IMG/VR virus record: IMGVR_UViG_3300028590_000011
Coordinates: 16,040 to 80,039 of that record
DNA: 64,000 bases
DNA from: a virus
Direction: 5' to 3' (one strand)
Positions within the stretch are counted from its first letter, which is position 1. Each line of letters opens with the position of its first letter. Shown in pieces: positions 27,401 through 36,575 of the stretch. Both the position numbers and the translations under genes were made by a program. The notes beneath the pieces are model-generated. The model was given only the letters and a program-made list of their open reading frames with translations. It made no database searches and was not told the DNA's origin.

Positions 27401-29887
27401 GGCATAGTCACCCACCAGCTTCACGTCAGTCGCGTCAGCCAGACCAGTAGCGGCACCCTTGGACGCTTCCAGGTCGGCATACTGAGCGTTCGCCTTGTCG
27501 AAGGCTTCCTCAGAGTCGGACTTCCCGAACAGCCCTTCGACCATGTTCTTGGCGTTGGCAGCTGACGCGGTGAAGTTGGTGAACGCGGAGTGCCACTTGG
27601 CTCCGTCAGAGAGCTTGTCGCTGAGCTTGTTGTACTCCTCCAGCATGTCGTCGTAAGACGAGTCGAGCTCAGCCAGGGAGTCGCTCTTGCGCTGCACCGT
27701 ATCGAAGGTCTTAGCGGCTTCCTCGAAGTCGTTGTTGGTCTTCGAGGCATCCATCACCAGACCGACGCCAGCACCGATACCAGCACCCCAAGGGCCAGCC
27801 ATGCCACCCATCAGACCCATGGCCAGGGTGTTCTGGAGACCGGTGTTAGCGCCAGCGCCAGTCATCAGCAGACCAGCACCAGCAGCCATGCCGATGTTGC
27901 CCCAGCCGATCTTGTTGCCGACTGCGCCGATACCGCCACCAATGACGCCCGCGCCCAAGCGCGCGGTGTTGAGCGCAGCCGAGGACATCGCCGCAGCGAG
28001 CGTTCCCGAGGAGCGCGTGAGGTTAGCGAACATCCGGGAGAGAACGCCGCTCTCACGCGAGACAGCAGTAGTAGCGGACGCTCGCGCAGCAGCCGCAGCA
28101 GCCTCACTGGCGTACTGGCCACCGGGCATACGCGGACCTTCGTATCCCTGTCGGGAGTACATCCGCTCGTTGAAGTCGATCCGACCCTGGTTGAACCACT
28201 GGAACGGAGCCGAGCCCAGGAACCGAGGCGAGTCGAACATCCGTATCCGGCGAGTCGGGTCGTTGTAGCCCGCAACACCCAGCGGGGAGTAGATCGGCGC
28301 GAGAAGGTTGCGCATACCCCATGCCGCCACGTTCCCCGGCATAGCCGCAGCGCGCTGCCACAGCGGCGGACCGCCGCCCGGAGGCAGCAGACCAGAGGTG
28401 CCACGCCCCACTACGTTCCCAGCGTTGTAGCCCATCCGCTGTAGCCAAGAACCGTTCGCGGCTACCTGCTGCCCAGTAGTGCCCATCGGTCCAGCACCAC
28501 CGACTGAGCCCATACCCGCTCGTCCCTCCAGGAACCCGCGCATGGGAGAGCCACGTAGCACCATGGCACCAAGGGCGAGCTTGGAGAGCGCACCAGCCAT
28601 CAGCAGCACGCTGCCCGCGAATGCAGCGGCGGCTCCAGCGCCGGTACCGAGGAAGGTCATGAACGCCCCGAAGGGTCCCTGCATGAGTTCGTTCAACCCA
28701 CTGGTGAGCGAGCCGACCCCTTGCAAGATCTTGGTCACCATCTCCGCGAAGGGCTTGCCGATCTCCTCAGCGATGGAGGCGATGTCCGAGCGAATGTTCT
28801 GGAGTTCGTCCACCATCCCCTTCATGGAGGCGGCAGCGCCCTTGCCAGTTGCGTCTGAGTCGAAGCCCATCTGCGACTCACGGATAGCGTCTCGGATACC
28901 ACCACCAGACTGAGACATCAGCGCGGTCATCGTGCGGACGGTTCGCATACCGTCCAGACCCATCCGGTTCAGGTCAGTGATGACCTTGGGGCCACCAGCG
29001 GAGATGGCCTCCATCACCTTGATGATCTGCTCAGAGCCTTCGAGCGACTTGAACTGCTCGACGGTCATGTTGACGAGGTTCGCGTACTTGCTCAGCTCCG
29101 GAGATCCGGTCTGCGCAGCGTAGGCGATGTTGGTCGTCAGCTGAGAGAAGGTGTTGGCGGCGGCGTAGCCGTCCTGACCGGCCTTGGCGAAGGCGGTGGC
29201 CATGCCAGTGACTTGAGTCTGGTTCAGCTCCAGCAGTCGCCCGACCGGGGCGAGTTGTGCGGTGAACTCAGCGAGACCCTGAGCGGAGAGGTTGGTCTGC
29301 TGCGACAGGTAGGTGATCTGGTCGGCGTACTTCTTGGTAACGCCAGAGCCAGCGGTGTTGGTCCCCATGATCTTCTGGAGGTTCAGCACCGAGGTGGCCA
29401 GTCCAGTCGAGGACTCGCCCGTCGCCTTGGACATGGCAACGAAGGTGTCGGAGGTGGCCTTCAGCTCTCGCTGAGTGTTGCGGCCAGTGATCTTGGAGAT
29501 GGTCTCAACGAGCTTGGAGCCCTCGGAGACCGTGGTTCCGTACGTCTTGCGGAGCCCATCCACCGCAGCGGTGTAGGACTCCATCGTCTTCTTCTCAGCA
29601 TCCCGAGAGCGCGTGACGATGGCTGCCTGAGCCTGGAGCCGAGACATCTGCTGCTCGTAGGCGGCATAGGCAGCAGTGGCGCCGGTGATGATCGCTACGT
29701 CAGCAGCAGCGATCCCCACCAGCTTGCGACCAGCAGACTTGCTGAGGTCGTTGATCTTCTTCGTGAGGGAGTCAACCGAAGCAGCCAGGACATCCGTGGC
29801 GGATGCCGACGACTGCATCGCCTGGTCGTACTGCGTGTTGTTCGCTGTGAGTACGACTTCAGCGTCGATCGGCTGATCCATGTTCAC
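24458..29887 (-). CDS. tape measure protein with C-terminal M23 peptidase domain
   Basis: 1809 aa, Ala/Gly-rich and helical; follows the chaperones; YGN...YAHLS...GQQIGRVGSTGNSSGPHLHFEI; VGEKGPE.VLPL C-terminal motif. Confidence 0.92.
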   Translation of the reverse strand: MNMDQPIDAEVVLTANNTQYDQAMQSSASATDVLAASVDSLTKKINDLSKSAGRKLVGIAAADVAIITGATAAYAAYEQQMSRLQAQAAIVTRSRDAEKKTMESYTAAVDGLRKTYGTTVSEGSKLVETISKITGRNTQRELKATSDTFVAMSKATGESSTGLATSVLNLQKIMGTNTAGSGVTKKYADQITYLSQQTNLSAQGLAEFTAQLAPVGRLLELNQTQVTGMATAFAKAGQDGYAAANTFSQLTTNIAYAAQTGSPELSKYANLVNMTVEQFKSLEGSEQIIKVMEAISAGGPKVITDLNRMGLDGMRTVRTMTALMSQSGGGIRDAIRESQMGFDSDATGKGAAASMKGMVDELQNIRSDIASIAEEIGKPFAEMVTKILQGVGSLTSGLNELMQGPFGAFMTFLGTGAGAAAAFAGSVLLMAGALSKLALGAMVLRGSPMRGFLEGRAGMGSVGGAGPMGTTGQQVAANGSWLQRMGYNAGNVVGRGTSGLLPPGGGPPLWQRAAAMPGNVAAWGMRNLLAPIYSPLGVAGYNDPTRRIRMFDSPRFLGSAPFQWFNQGRIDFNERMYSRQGYEGPRMPGGQYASEAAAAAARASATTAVSRESGVLSRMFANLTRSSGTLAAAMSSAALNTARLGAGVIGGGIGAVGNKIGWGNIGMAAGAGLLMTGAGANTGLQNTLAMGLMGGMAGPWGAGIGAGVGLVMDASKTNNDFEEAAKTFDTVQRKSDSLAELDSSYDDMLEEYNKLSDKLSDGAKWHSAFTNFTASAANAKNMVEGLFGKSDSEEAFDKANAQYADLEASKGAATGLADATDVKLVGDYATQMQKLDEVIMKLKPNMDELGITFEDLKQAFVASQADMDNPAVQGLLGLMGGGKYNADDYQKMIDQITSPGKSTGLWDRIARTNYTGATFMGSQDVKSALALPEDVNLQYRAINSTYSRLLRDGATPLGVVRQSGDVLAQGMTADDPEYILNQAILDKAKQTLGYQQPFMGRSAGYQQQANLFATQANTMAGDPNQMEKMEEAQAGFIQNTMQQVQYFQQLLYQQREFNVSQARAQEDFGRSRARMDEEYGISRRRAQADFHLQRMYQEQDYQLSRRRAEEDYNLSRERGQYQFTLSMTRGQEDFNTSRLRQEQDYNHQVVLMAEQAAQQMYNIYERMRVQRTSSASYMLVNAQDQLEQMRNQSSNLDRVRGMGLSDDAIQQLGLTDSNNAQQLSRFVAEAANNPQIIEQFNTAIKERLGAARELVTDESSKDWEEFQRQYELSRTRATADFEKSVKRARKDFRLQMQQMEDDFQKSMSRSATDYETAQERQQKAFSLSMSRGAEDYGRAVRNMSTDFATSMARAKEDMDRMAEEISGSMTEILVRATKELNGKSATQARLVLGTFSKLRTELGVEGNDIMTQLAEIFGFKYTPVENPGGGRRTNKFEYDMGPGGRKYADGGVLPGRSIGRDDMHFFSPKHGALSLAGGEAIMVPEWVDQVGGPQAVKKMNEMARRGFAAGGTIPAVGGWHQHEGGYPWARWAGDINVPGSGDYGNPVRSYKDGVIALVNRWNYSYGNHIRVNHPKTDEQTLYAHLSAISVKPGDSVVRGQQIGRVGSTGNSSGPHLHFEIMGGTGPVMLGSGAAGVAIGMSLADVLKDEYPNVERAAGKVKIGGGFERGSWSNALNRMAKLGYRHYTSPNPDNHEPLSWYGHGGIFADPNIIGVGEKGPEMVLPLDDRGAMFIADIMQKMHVGSEGKASHLTGGTPIVTHTINTYQIDRSTTFSGNITVAANNPAEFIQQMQQRQRIQALSQAALGGKR

Positions 29888-30260
29888 TCCCCTCGGCTAC
29901 GCATCATTCTCGCTCGTTTCTTCGCCATTACGAGCATCTCTGCCTTCAACTGGGGTGTCGTCGGGATCAACTTGACGTTGGTACCCGGCAGAGACTTGGA
30001 CTGCGTGTCCTGGAAAGTCGACTTCTGGTAGCAGCCTTGGCAGAACTCCTCGACCGCTGTGTAGGCGAAGCGGTTCTCCTCCCACTCCCATGGAGCGGTC
30101 CCGCACTGAACACAGCGCAGAGACCGCTCCATAGCGTAGGCGAGCACCTTGGCCCGGTCCTCGGGTTCCCATTCGAGGAACTCCGAGTGTGGGATGCCGT
30201 TCTCGTAGCAGTACGACATCTCCAGACTGAAGGTCGGGTCTGCCCTCAGCCGTTCTCGCT
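29884..30260 (-). CDS. tail assembly chaperone, frameshift extension (gpT-like)
   Basis: The -1 frame is open from the slippery site: QRERLRADPTFSLEMSYCY...; contains CxxC pairs. Confidence 0.75.
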
Positions 30261-30677
30261 GAAAGGGATGTCGATACCTCTGTTGTTCAGTTCGACGGCG
30301 TTGCGGAACAGGACCATCAGGTCACCACGCGACCAGTCCTCCGAAGACCAGATCTCGTTCGCGTCCTCCACCGAGATCTCTGGATCGACAGAGACGGCAG
30401 CGATGAGGGCCGGAGCGAAGGTGTCCATGTTGAAGGACGCGCCCTCAGCACGCTGCTCGGGCTTCGGTGGGTGCTTGGCCACGAGCTTGTCGTAGTTGCG
30501 AGCGCCAATGGCCTGGAACTTCAGCGTGAGCTCCTGAGTCTCCCCGTCCTCATCCTTGATGAAGATGGAGAACTCAGAGGTGGCTCGCGGCTTGTTCTTC
30601 ATCAGATCCAGCGTGGCGCGCTTGGACGCCTCACGCTGCTTCTGCTTGGCCGTGACCTTCTGGGCTTCGTCGGGCAT
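30246..30677 (-). CDS. tail assembly chaperone (gpG-like)
   Basis: Between major tail and tape measure genes; L..KHPP..EQ......FN.DTF.PALIAA motif. Confidence 0.8.
   Translation of the reverse strand: MPDEAQKVTAKQKQREASKRATLDLMKNKPRATSEFSIFIKDEDGETQELTLKFQAIGARNYDKLVAKHPPKPEQRAEGASFNMDTFAPALIAAVSVDPEISVEDANEIWSSEDWSRGDLMVLFRNAVELNNRGIDIPFSENG
30261..30267 (-). other. programmed -1 frameshift slippery site C CCU UUC
   Basis: X XXY YYZ heptamer in frame near the end of the chaperone gene. Confidence 0.75.
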
Positions 30678-30751
30678 GTGCTTCTCCTTGGGCGGTAGGA
30701 GTTGGATGTATTGAGTTGTCAGTCTATCCAGTCCCGGAGGACGGATAGGAG

Positions 30752-31234
30752 TTACGCAGCGACCGTGGCGTCCTCATCGGGCTCCACATTCACCGAGCAA
30801 GACGCGGTGAAGGTGAGGACCGTGTTGGACGACATGTTGGCCATGGTGCGGGAGGTAACCATGACCGGCCAGACCTCCACCTTGTCAGTGGCGATCGGCA
30901 GGTTGTCGGTACCGGTGCCACCGAATCGGGAGATGATGAAGAAGCCACGGGTGCCACGCGGGAGAGTCTCCCAGGCGGTGTCGTCCTCATCGTCGCGGTA
31001 GAAGTCAGCGTCGAAGGTCGCAGCCGAAGTGCCAGCGGTGCTGGTCTCGAACAGCGAGTCGAACGCCGGGGTCGGGACCGTGTTGCCACGGCTCGACGCG
31101 TTCAGCGAGATCGTGAACCCCGTGAGATTCACCGCAGCAGCAACCTGCGCCGCAGTAGGCGCAGAGATGTTGGTGATGGCTCCGTCCGCAGCGAAACCAA
31201 TCCAGGTGTTCTCGTTAGGAATGATGCGAGCCAT
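30752..31234 (-). CDS. major tail (tube) protein
   Basis: APT.A.V...V.L...KVEVWPV motif typical of actinophage major tail proteins; position. Confidence 0.85.
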   Translation of the reverse strand: MARIIPNENTWIGFAADGAITNISAPTAAQVAAAVNLTGFTISLNASSRGNTVPTPAFDSLFETSTAGTSAATFDADFYRDDEDDTAWETLPRGTRGFFIISRFGGTGTDNLPIATDKVEVWPVMVTSRTMANMSSNTVLTFTASCSVNVEPDEDATVAA

Positions 31235-31236
31235 CG

Positions 31237-31446
31237 TTACTCCTCAGTCTTGTCGTTGACATCGAAGAACAAGGGGCTGTTGACGACCTCTACGGGCGCG
31301 TCCTCAGTCGGCTCCTCATCCTTCTCAGTGCTAGTTCCATCATCTACAGCGGTCCAGCCGTTCCTCTCCCACGCGGGGAGCGAAGAAGGAAGGCACTTGC
31401 CCTTCTGGCCGTCCTTCTCGATCTCGATGTACTTCGGCTTAGCCAT
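31237..31446 (-). CDS. small hypothetical protein (W..NGW motif)
   Basis: Start MAKPKY at 31446; directly upstream of major tail gene. Confidence 0.6.
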   Translation of the reverse strand: MAKPKYIEIEKDGQKGKCLPSSLPAWERNGWTAVDDGTSTEKDEEPTEDAPVEVVNSPLFFDVNDKTEE

Positions 31447-31448
31447 GG

Positions 31449-31916
31449 CTATCGTCCCTTCGATACGAGTAGCTCGAACGTGTCTACCTGGGTGAAGTAG
31501 TCGGGGAAGGTGGAGCCGATCCGGTTCACCCTGCCGACAGTCGTGCACGCAAGCTTCTGGATCTTCCAGTCACCAGTGGAGGTGGTGATCAGCTCACGCT
31601 CGATGTTGACGAGAGCGGCGCGCATCTTGTCTGCGAGCGCCTCGACGTGCTTCCGGGACAGTCCTGCGTAGAACACCTCGTAAGGCAGCATCCACTCAGT
31701 GCCAGTGTCCCCGAGTCCCCCGTTGGGTCGCTGAGGCTGACCCGTGAGTGTGCCAACAGACATCCAGGGGATGAAGTTGGAGGTCTCCGCACCCGGCTCT
31801 CCTTGCCAGCCGTATGCATCTTCCGGAGCCTGGTTGTCGCCAACCGGCAGGCCCTCTTCCTTCAGCTCCTGAATGACTCGCGTGGTGACAGGTCCACGCC
31901 TGATGACGCTAGGCAC
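31449..31916 (-). CDS. tail terminator protein
   Basis: Synteny and size. Confidence 0.6.
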   Translation of the reverse strand: MPSVIRRGPVTTRVIQELKEEGLPVGDNQAPEDAYGWQGEPGAETSNFIPWMSVGTLTGQPQRPNGGLGDTGTEWMLPYEVFYAGLSRKHVEALADKMRAALVNIERELITTSTGDWKIQKLACTTVGRVNRIGSTFPDYFTQVDTFELLVSKGR

Positions 31917-32361
31917 CGGCTTCCTCCCTCAAGACCTTCACATTGGCCTCTGCTACATCTCTACCCAGGGTGGCTACCCAGGCATCGAAGGCGGGCCGAA
32001 CAAAGGGCTGTGCAGGTGTACCTGGGTGATTCACCACGCGCGCGTAGACCTGCTGCCCATTGACCTTGAAGGCGAGTACCCCACCGGGCTTCTTGGGCTT
32101 GATCTCGTGCGGACGTGTACCGAACTCCACGTAGGTGGCGTACGGGACATCAGGGCCCACTCGGATGGTGGTCCCCTCGATCCTCACGCCGATCGAATCC
32201 CGGAGCTTCCCGGAGTCCACAGGCACTCGGACCTGCATCTCCACCACGAGGAAGTTGGCTGCCTCGATCAGAGTGCGCTGAGTAGTGGCATCCGCGTCGC
32301 GCCCGGTACGTCGGAGAGCCTCTGCGATCCGGGTGATGTCGGCGCTGGCGATGGCACTCAT
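31909..32361 (-). CDS. HK97 gp10-like tail completion protein
   Basis: PVDSGKLRDSI...YATYVEFGT...HPGTPAQPFVRPA. Confidence 0.85.
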   Translation of the reverse strand: MSAIASADITRIAEALRRTGRDADATTQRTLIEAANFLVVEMQVRVPVDSGKLRDSIGVRIEGTTIRVGPDVPYATYVEFGTRPHEIKPKKPGGVLAFKVNGQQVYARVVNHPGTPAQPFVRPAFDAWVATLGRDVAEANVKVLREEAGA

Positions 32362-32774
32362 CGCTCGACCGCCTTCACGTTGTACCTGCGCGTGGCTCGG
32401 AGCTCACCAGCACGAGCCGAGGAGATGATCTCGAACCGCTTGCCCAGCATCGAGGTGTCCTGTGTGGGCGCGTAGGTGATCACGATCTGATCGTTCTTGC
32501 GCAGGATCGGGGAGTTCCAGGGCAGCGAGAGCTGGACGTTCTGGACCATGATGTCGGTCTCTCCGAGCATCACAGCGCCTGCTCCCTGGATCTCCCAGAT
32601 CCTGCACGGGGAGTCCTCGATGATGAGGGTCCGAGAAGTAGCCGGGATGGTCAGGTCGTCTCCATCCTCGAAGTCCACACGCGTCAGGCGCTCTGCATCG
32701 CAGCGGTACTCCATGACCGCCGTGGCACGAGAGCGCACATAGTTGCGCGCGCGAGGAGAGATGGGAGAGGCCAT
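32358..32774 (-). CDS. head-to-tail stopper
   Basis: Synteny; CRI...QLSLP...NDQIVI pattern. Confidence 0.65.
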   Translation of the reverse strand: MASPISPRARNYVRSRATAVMEYRCDAERLTRVDFEDGDDLTIPATSRTLIIEDSPCRIWEIQGAGAVMLGETDIMVQNVQLSLPWNSPILRKNDQIVITYAPTQDTSMLGKRFEIISSARAGELRATRRYNVKAVER

Positions 32775-32992
32775 CAGATCATTCCTGTTACGGCTCGTCC
32801 GAGCGTGCGAGCGACACCGAGAGTGGGATGTTGCGGACTGAGAGTGCCGATCTTGTTAGCAACCTTCACGGTCGTCAGCTGTCGCCGCGTGACCGCCTTG
32901 CGCGCTCCAGCCTTGTGCTTGGGGTTGACGACCTTGGGCTGGAGTAGCGCCTTGGAGACCTCGCCATGGTCTACTCCGAAGGCGCTGATCAT
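32774..32992 (-). CDS. small basic protein with N-terminal SAFGVDHGEVSKA tag
   Basis: Motif shared with four other head-region ORFs. Confidence 0.75.
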   Translation of the reverse strand: MISAFGVDHGEVSKALLQPKVVNPKHKAGARKAVTRRQLTTVKVANKIGTLSPQHPTLGVARTLGRAVTGMI

Positions 32993-33204
32993 CAGGACGC
33001 CAGGAGACCGGCTGCCCGCAGCGAGGCGAGCAGGGCGTTGACCTTGGCCACCGTGGTCGGCAGGTCAGCACCGCCAGCGAGGTTGGCCACCGCAGCAGCG
33101 GGCTCCAGGTTCAGCGGAGAGTCCGAGTCCGCCAGAGCGAGAGCAATGGGGCGCGGGACCTCCAGAGACCGGAGTGCGTCGTACTTGTCCTTGTCGTATG
33201 CCAT
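32992..33204 (-). CDS. head fibre-like small protein
   Basis: C-terminal AKVNALLASLRAAGLLA motif typical of head fibre proteins. Confidence 0.6.
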   Translation of the reverse strand: MAYDKDKYDALRSLEVPRPIALALADSDSPLNLEPAAAVANLAGGADLPTTVAKVNALLASLRAAGLLAS

Positions 33205-33205
33205 C

Positions 33206-33682
33206 TCAGACTCCTGGGTTCTCTTCCGGGTAGTACTCGGGGAAGTCCTGGCTGCCGTAATCCTGGCGACCAGCGGACTTGTCGTCGTGCATCCCCGTGC
33301 CGAACGCGAAGGGCTTGATCTCTGGGTGCGTCCCCTCGTAGGGGGAGACGCCGCCCACGTCTGGGAACCCCCCTACGAGGGAACTCTTGTGCTGCTCCCG
33401 GAGGGAAGCAGCGAGTTCACGGAACTGCTGGGCTACCGCTCCGAGGTTGATGGAGACGCCATCCGCGCTGTACGACACCTCGCGCGCGTACCGAGCAGCC
33501 AGGGAGTCCGCGATGGCCGCAGCCACGAACTCCAGGGTGCCGTACAGCGGCTTCCACTTGGAGATCATGTAGTTGATCTCCTCGTCCTGCGCGAACCACT
33601 CAGAGTCCGCGCCGGTGTCCTGGATCAGGAACCGGACTACGTCCTTGTCAGTGGCCAGCGAGGGGTCGTATGAGGTGGTCAC
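33206..33682 (-). CDS. head-to-tail adaptor
   Basis: D.VRFLI.DT.......DEEI.Y...AA.IA..LAA.YA motif. Confidence 0.8.
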   Translation of the reverse strand: MTTSYDPSLATDKDVVRFLIQDTGADSEWFAQDEEINYMISKWKPLYGTLEFVAAAIADSLAARYAREVSYSADGVSINLGAVAQQFRELAASLREQHKSSLVGGFPDVGGVSPYEGTHPEIKPFAFGTGMHDDKSAGRQDYGSQDFPEYYPEENPGV

Positions 33683-34020
33683 AGCTTCGTCTCGGTCTTG
33701 TTCTTCTTGCGGCCGGACTTCCAGGTGCTGTAGCCAGCACCGCCCAGCACAGCGGCACCGGTGACAGCAGGCTTCGCTGCCACAGCCTTGCCAGCGAGCT
33801 CAGCGACACGACCGACTCCACGACCGACATCAGCGACGCTCACCTTGGCGTTGGCAGCCTTGCCAGGGATCGCGGTCAGCTTGCCGAGGCGAGCCTTGTT
33901 CCGGGCGTAAGCAGCCTGCTGGTTGGCGCGCACGTTGGCCTTGTGCTGCGCCTTACGACGACCAGCGGGGGTCAGCGCCTTGGAGACTTCTCCATGCTCG
34001 ACCCCGAACGCGCTCTCCAT
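33679..34020 (-). CDS. small basic protein with N-terminal SAFGVEHGEVSKA tag
   Basis: Start MESAFG at 34020, just after the upstream stop. Confidence 0.8.
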   Translation of the reverse strand: MESAFGVEHGEVSKALTPAGRRKAQHKANVRANQQAAYARNKARLGKLTAIPGKAANAKVSVADVGRGVGRVAELAGKAVAAKPAVTGAAVLGGAGYSTWKSGRKKNKTETKL

Positions 34021-34021
34021 G

Positions 34022-34348
34022 TCAGGCCCCCTTCTTCCGGTTGGCGTAGACACCACCGGTCAGACCGACAGCGCCGCCGCCAATGACAGCCTTGCCGGTA
34101 GTCGTGCCCGCGAAGCCCTTGGCGCTGTTGCCAGCGGCACCAGCGAAGGACTTGGCCTTCTGGCCCATGGTCGACTGGAACGCCTTACGAGCGCCACCAG
34201 CAGGCGCGCCAGGCTTCTTCTGAGCACCAGTCATGGACTGCTGCCCCAGCCTCTTCAGGTTGCCGCCCATGGCGCTGACCTTGCCCGTGGGCATGGAGAA
34301 GGCCTTGGAGACCTCACCGTGCTCTACTCCGAATGCGCTCTCAGACAT
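34022..34348 (-). CDS. small basic protein with N-terminal SAFGVEHGEVSKA tag
   Basis: Start MSESAFG at 34348 overlapping the upstream stop. Confidence 0.8.
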   Translation of the reverse strand: MSESAFGVEHGEVSKAFSMPTGKVSAMGGNLKRLGQQSMTGAQKKPGAPAGGARKAFQSTMGQKAKSFAGAAGNSAKGFAGTTTGKAVIGGGAVGLTGGVYANRKKGA

Positions 34349-35051
34349 TGTCGAGGATGCCCTTCCGCTTCTTGTTGGCCTGCTCCACAGCCACCACGCG
34401 GTTGTACTCCTCTTCGGAGATGTCGCTCGCGAGGTAGTCCATGACCTCATCCACGGTGTGCTCCGTGGGGTCGTAGAGGTCTTCCTCAGTGATCACCGGC
34501 TCGTCATCTTCGAGATCCTCGCCCTCAGAGACGACGTTCTGTCGTTCTCCGGATAGAGCAGCGGTCTCTTCAGCAACAGGGTCGTCGCCACTCTCGTCGC
34601 CAGGGACAGTGTCGTCCCCATCGAGAACATCATCAGATCCCTCTGCGTTCTCGTCATCCAGCACCTTCTCCGTCAGGGCGTTGGCGTGAGCCTCGGCCTT
34701 CAGAGCAGCGGCGACATCCTGGTCCTCGTACTTCTTCGCCGGGGTGGTCTCCACCGACGGGAACGTGAGGTCATGCTGCTTCGGCTTGTTGTACGCCGAC
34801 TCACCCAGCGCAGTGCCGAGCTTGGCGTCGATGACTTCCCGAGACCAGACGTGGTGGTGCCAGTGGCGCGGCTGGTCAGCGGGGTCATCGACCACCGCGA
34901 AGAGACGCCGCGTACGGATGAGCAGATCGATACGACCGGTGGCCTCGTCCTGAGGGAACTCTTCCCCCATCGAGTAGTCCTTACCGGCGTACGTGAAGTT
35001 GCGAGCGCAGATGAAGTACACCGCGCCGTTGTTGTAGAGCTGGGACGGCAT
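34341..35051 (-). CDS. capsid-region hypothetical protein with acidic linker and C-terminal helical module
   Basis: Follows major capsid gene; C-terminal TVDEV..YL...E..RV..VE.ANKKRKGIL. Confidence 0.7.
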   Translation of the reverse strand: MPSQLYNNGAVYFICARNFTYAGKDYSMGEEFPQDEATGRIDLLIRTRRLFAVVDDPADQPRHWHHHVWSREVIDAKLGTALGESAYNKPKQHDLTFPSVETTPAKKYEDQDVAAALKAEAHANALTEKVLDDENAEGSDDVLDGDDTVPGDESGDDPVAEETAALSGERQNVVSEGEDLEDDEPVITEEDLYDPTEHTVDEVMDYLASDISEEEYNRVVAVEQANKKRKGILDNV

Positions 35052-35071
35052 CTCTATCTCCTCAGATAGTG

Positions 35072-35105
35072 AGAGGGGGCCAGGGACTACTCCCCAGCCC
35101 CCTCT
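35072..35105 (-). terminator. stem-loop after the major capsid gene
   Basis: agagggggc ... gccccctct inverted repeat. Confidence 0.55.
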
Positions 35106-35121
35106 ACAGGTAACGCGTGGA

Positions 35122-36120
35122 TCAGGCGACAGCGTCCGCGAGGAAGATGCCCATGTCGGGGGAGACGACCTTCATGTCGTAGGTCATCTCGCCCTCGATG
35201 CGGTCCGAGGCGATGTGCTCCATCCGGAAGTTCTTCATCCGGATGCCGTAGCTGTTGCCAGCCAGATAGCCGTTCCAGGTGAAGATGTAGCCCGAAGCAG
35301 GAGTCATCAGCGACGGAGACGACGGCGTGTAGCACAGGAGCGCGCTCTTCGAGTTGCTCATGAAGCTGTACGACGCGGCAGCGTCCTGGGTGTCAGCGTC
35401 GTTGCGCTCAGCGACATCCGTGAAGGAAGCGTACGAGACCAGGATCTTCTCCACGTCGAAGAGCGACGCGAGGAGGTCGGTGGTCACGACACCCTTCTGG
35501 GTGTACTTGATCCGGTCGATGATGTCCGGGTGGTTCTTCAGCGAGGTGATCGCCTCAGCACCGAGGACCAGGGTGTTGGCCTTCCGACCAGACTGGAGGA
35601 CGAAGTCCGTCTGGAGGTTGGCGAACTGCACGATCGGGTCCGACGCGGCGTCGTTCCACTGGAGGAACTGCGAGCCAGACGGAGCGGCAGCAACACCAGC
35701 AAGGTCGGTGCCCCAGACACCGGTCTTGAAGTAGGCGTTGTTCCAGTCCAGGTCACGCTTCAGCAGGAGCTGGTTGGTGACGAACTTGGTCGCGTCCTTG
35801 TCCAGGCTCCAGTTGGAGTCGGCGTTGGCACGGGTCTGGTCGTCCAGGTCCTTGTGGACCGCGTACACCTGCGCGTAGTAGGTGTCCGTGTCGACCTTGT
35901 AGCCGATACCAGCGGACTCGGTACCCGGCGCACGCTTCTGGACATCGGTCCGACGCCAGTCGGACTTGCTGTACTTCCAGAAGAGGTCCGACTGCTTCTG
36001 CACCGGAACTCGCGGGAAGACCTTGTCAGCGATGAACGTCGCAGTGTCCTGCATGTACGCCACGCTGACGTTGGTCAGCGGTGCGTTGACGTGGAGATCG
36101 CTCTGAGTCGGGTTAGGCAT
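35122..36120 (-). CDS. major capsid protein
   Basis: LTNVSVAY.Q...FIADKVFP.VPV.KQS...RAPG...L..HP.I.DRIKY; GpE-like capsid family; synteny. Confidence 0.9.
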   Translation of the reverse strand: MPNPTQSDLHVNAPLTNVSVAYMQDTATFIADKVFPRVPVQKQSDLFWKYSKSDWRRTDVQKRAPGTESAGIGYKVDTDTYYAQVYAVHKDLDDQTRANADSNWSLDKDATKFVTNQLLLKRDLDWNNAYFKTGVWGTDLAGVAAAPSGSQFLQWNDAASDPIVQFANLQTDFVLQSGRKANTLVLGAEAITSLKNHPDIIDRIKYTQKGVVTTDLLASLFDVEKILVSYASFTDVAERNDADTQDAAASYSFMSNSKSALLCYTPSSPSLMTPASGYIFTWNGYLAGNSYGIRMKNFRMEHIASDRIEGEMTYDMKVVSPDMGIFLADAVA

Positions 36121-36135
36121 AGCTCGCTCCTCCTA

Positions 36136-36552
36136 TCAGAGCTGGATCAGAAGGAGAACCGAGATCAGCTCTCCAGCGTTGGCAACGGACGAGACCGCCA
36201 CACCGACGCAGAGACCGCCGCCGCCAGTGGCGTCAGTGGCCTGTCCGTCAGCAGAGACGAAGACCTTCTCGCCAGCGTCGATGGCCTTGTCAGCCACCAC
36301 CTTGCTGACACCTCGGATACCGACAGTGGCAGCGCCACCCGTGACCTGAGGCTTGTTCTGCACGACACCGATCACGCCGGTGTCGTCCGCGTCCGCGAGA
36401 CCGACCTGATGCGCGCCGGTCACCTTCACGAAGTGGTACTGCTTACCACCGTTGGGCGAAGCGCTGCCAGGCTGGCCGGGGACGCCGGTGTACTGCGCCA
36501 GGGTCGCATCCGCGTTAAGCGTGATGGACCGGAGGCTCTCCTCGTACGCCAT
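36136..36552 (-). CDS. capsid decoration/cement protein
   Basis: QYHFVK...IGVVQNKP..G.AATV...GVSKV.A...I.AG..V....DG.A motif; upstream of capsid gene. Confidence 0.75.
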   Translation of the reverse strand: MAYEESLRSITLNADATLAQYTGVPGQPGSASPNGGKQYHFVKVTGAHQVGLADADDTGVIGVVQNKPQVTGGAATVGIRGVSKVVADKAIDAGEKVFVSADGQATDATGGGGLCVGVAVSSVANAGELISVLLLIQL

Positions 36553-36575
36553 GAGATTCCCTACCCTTCCTTATC

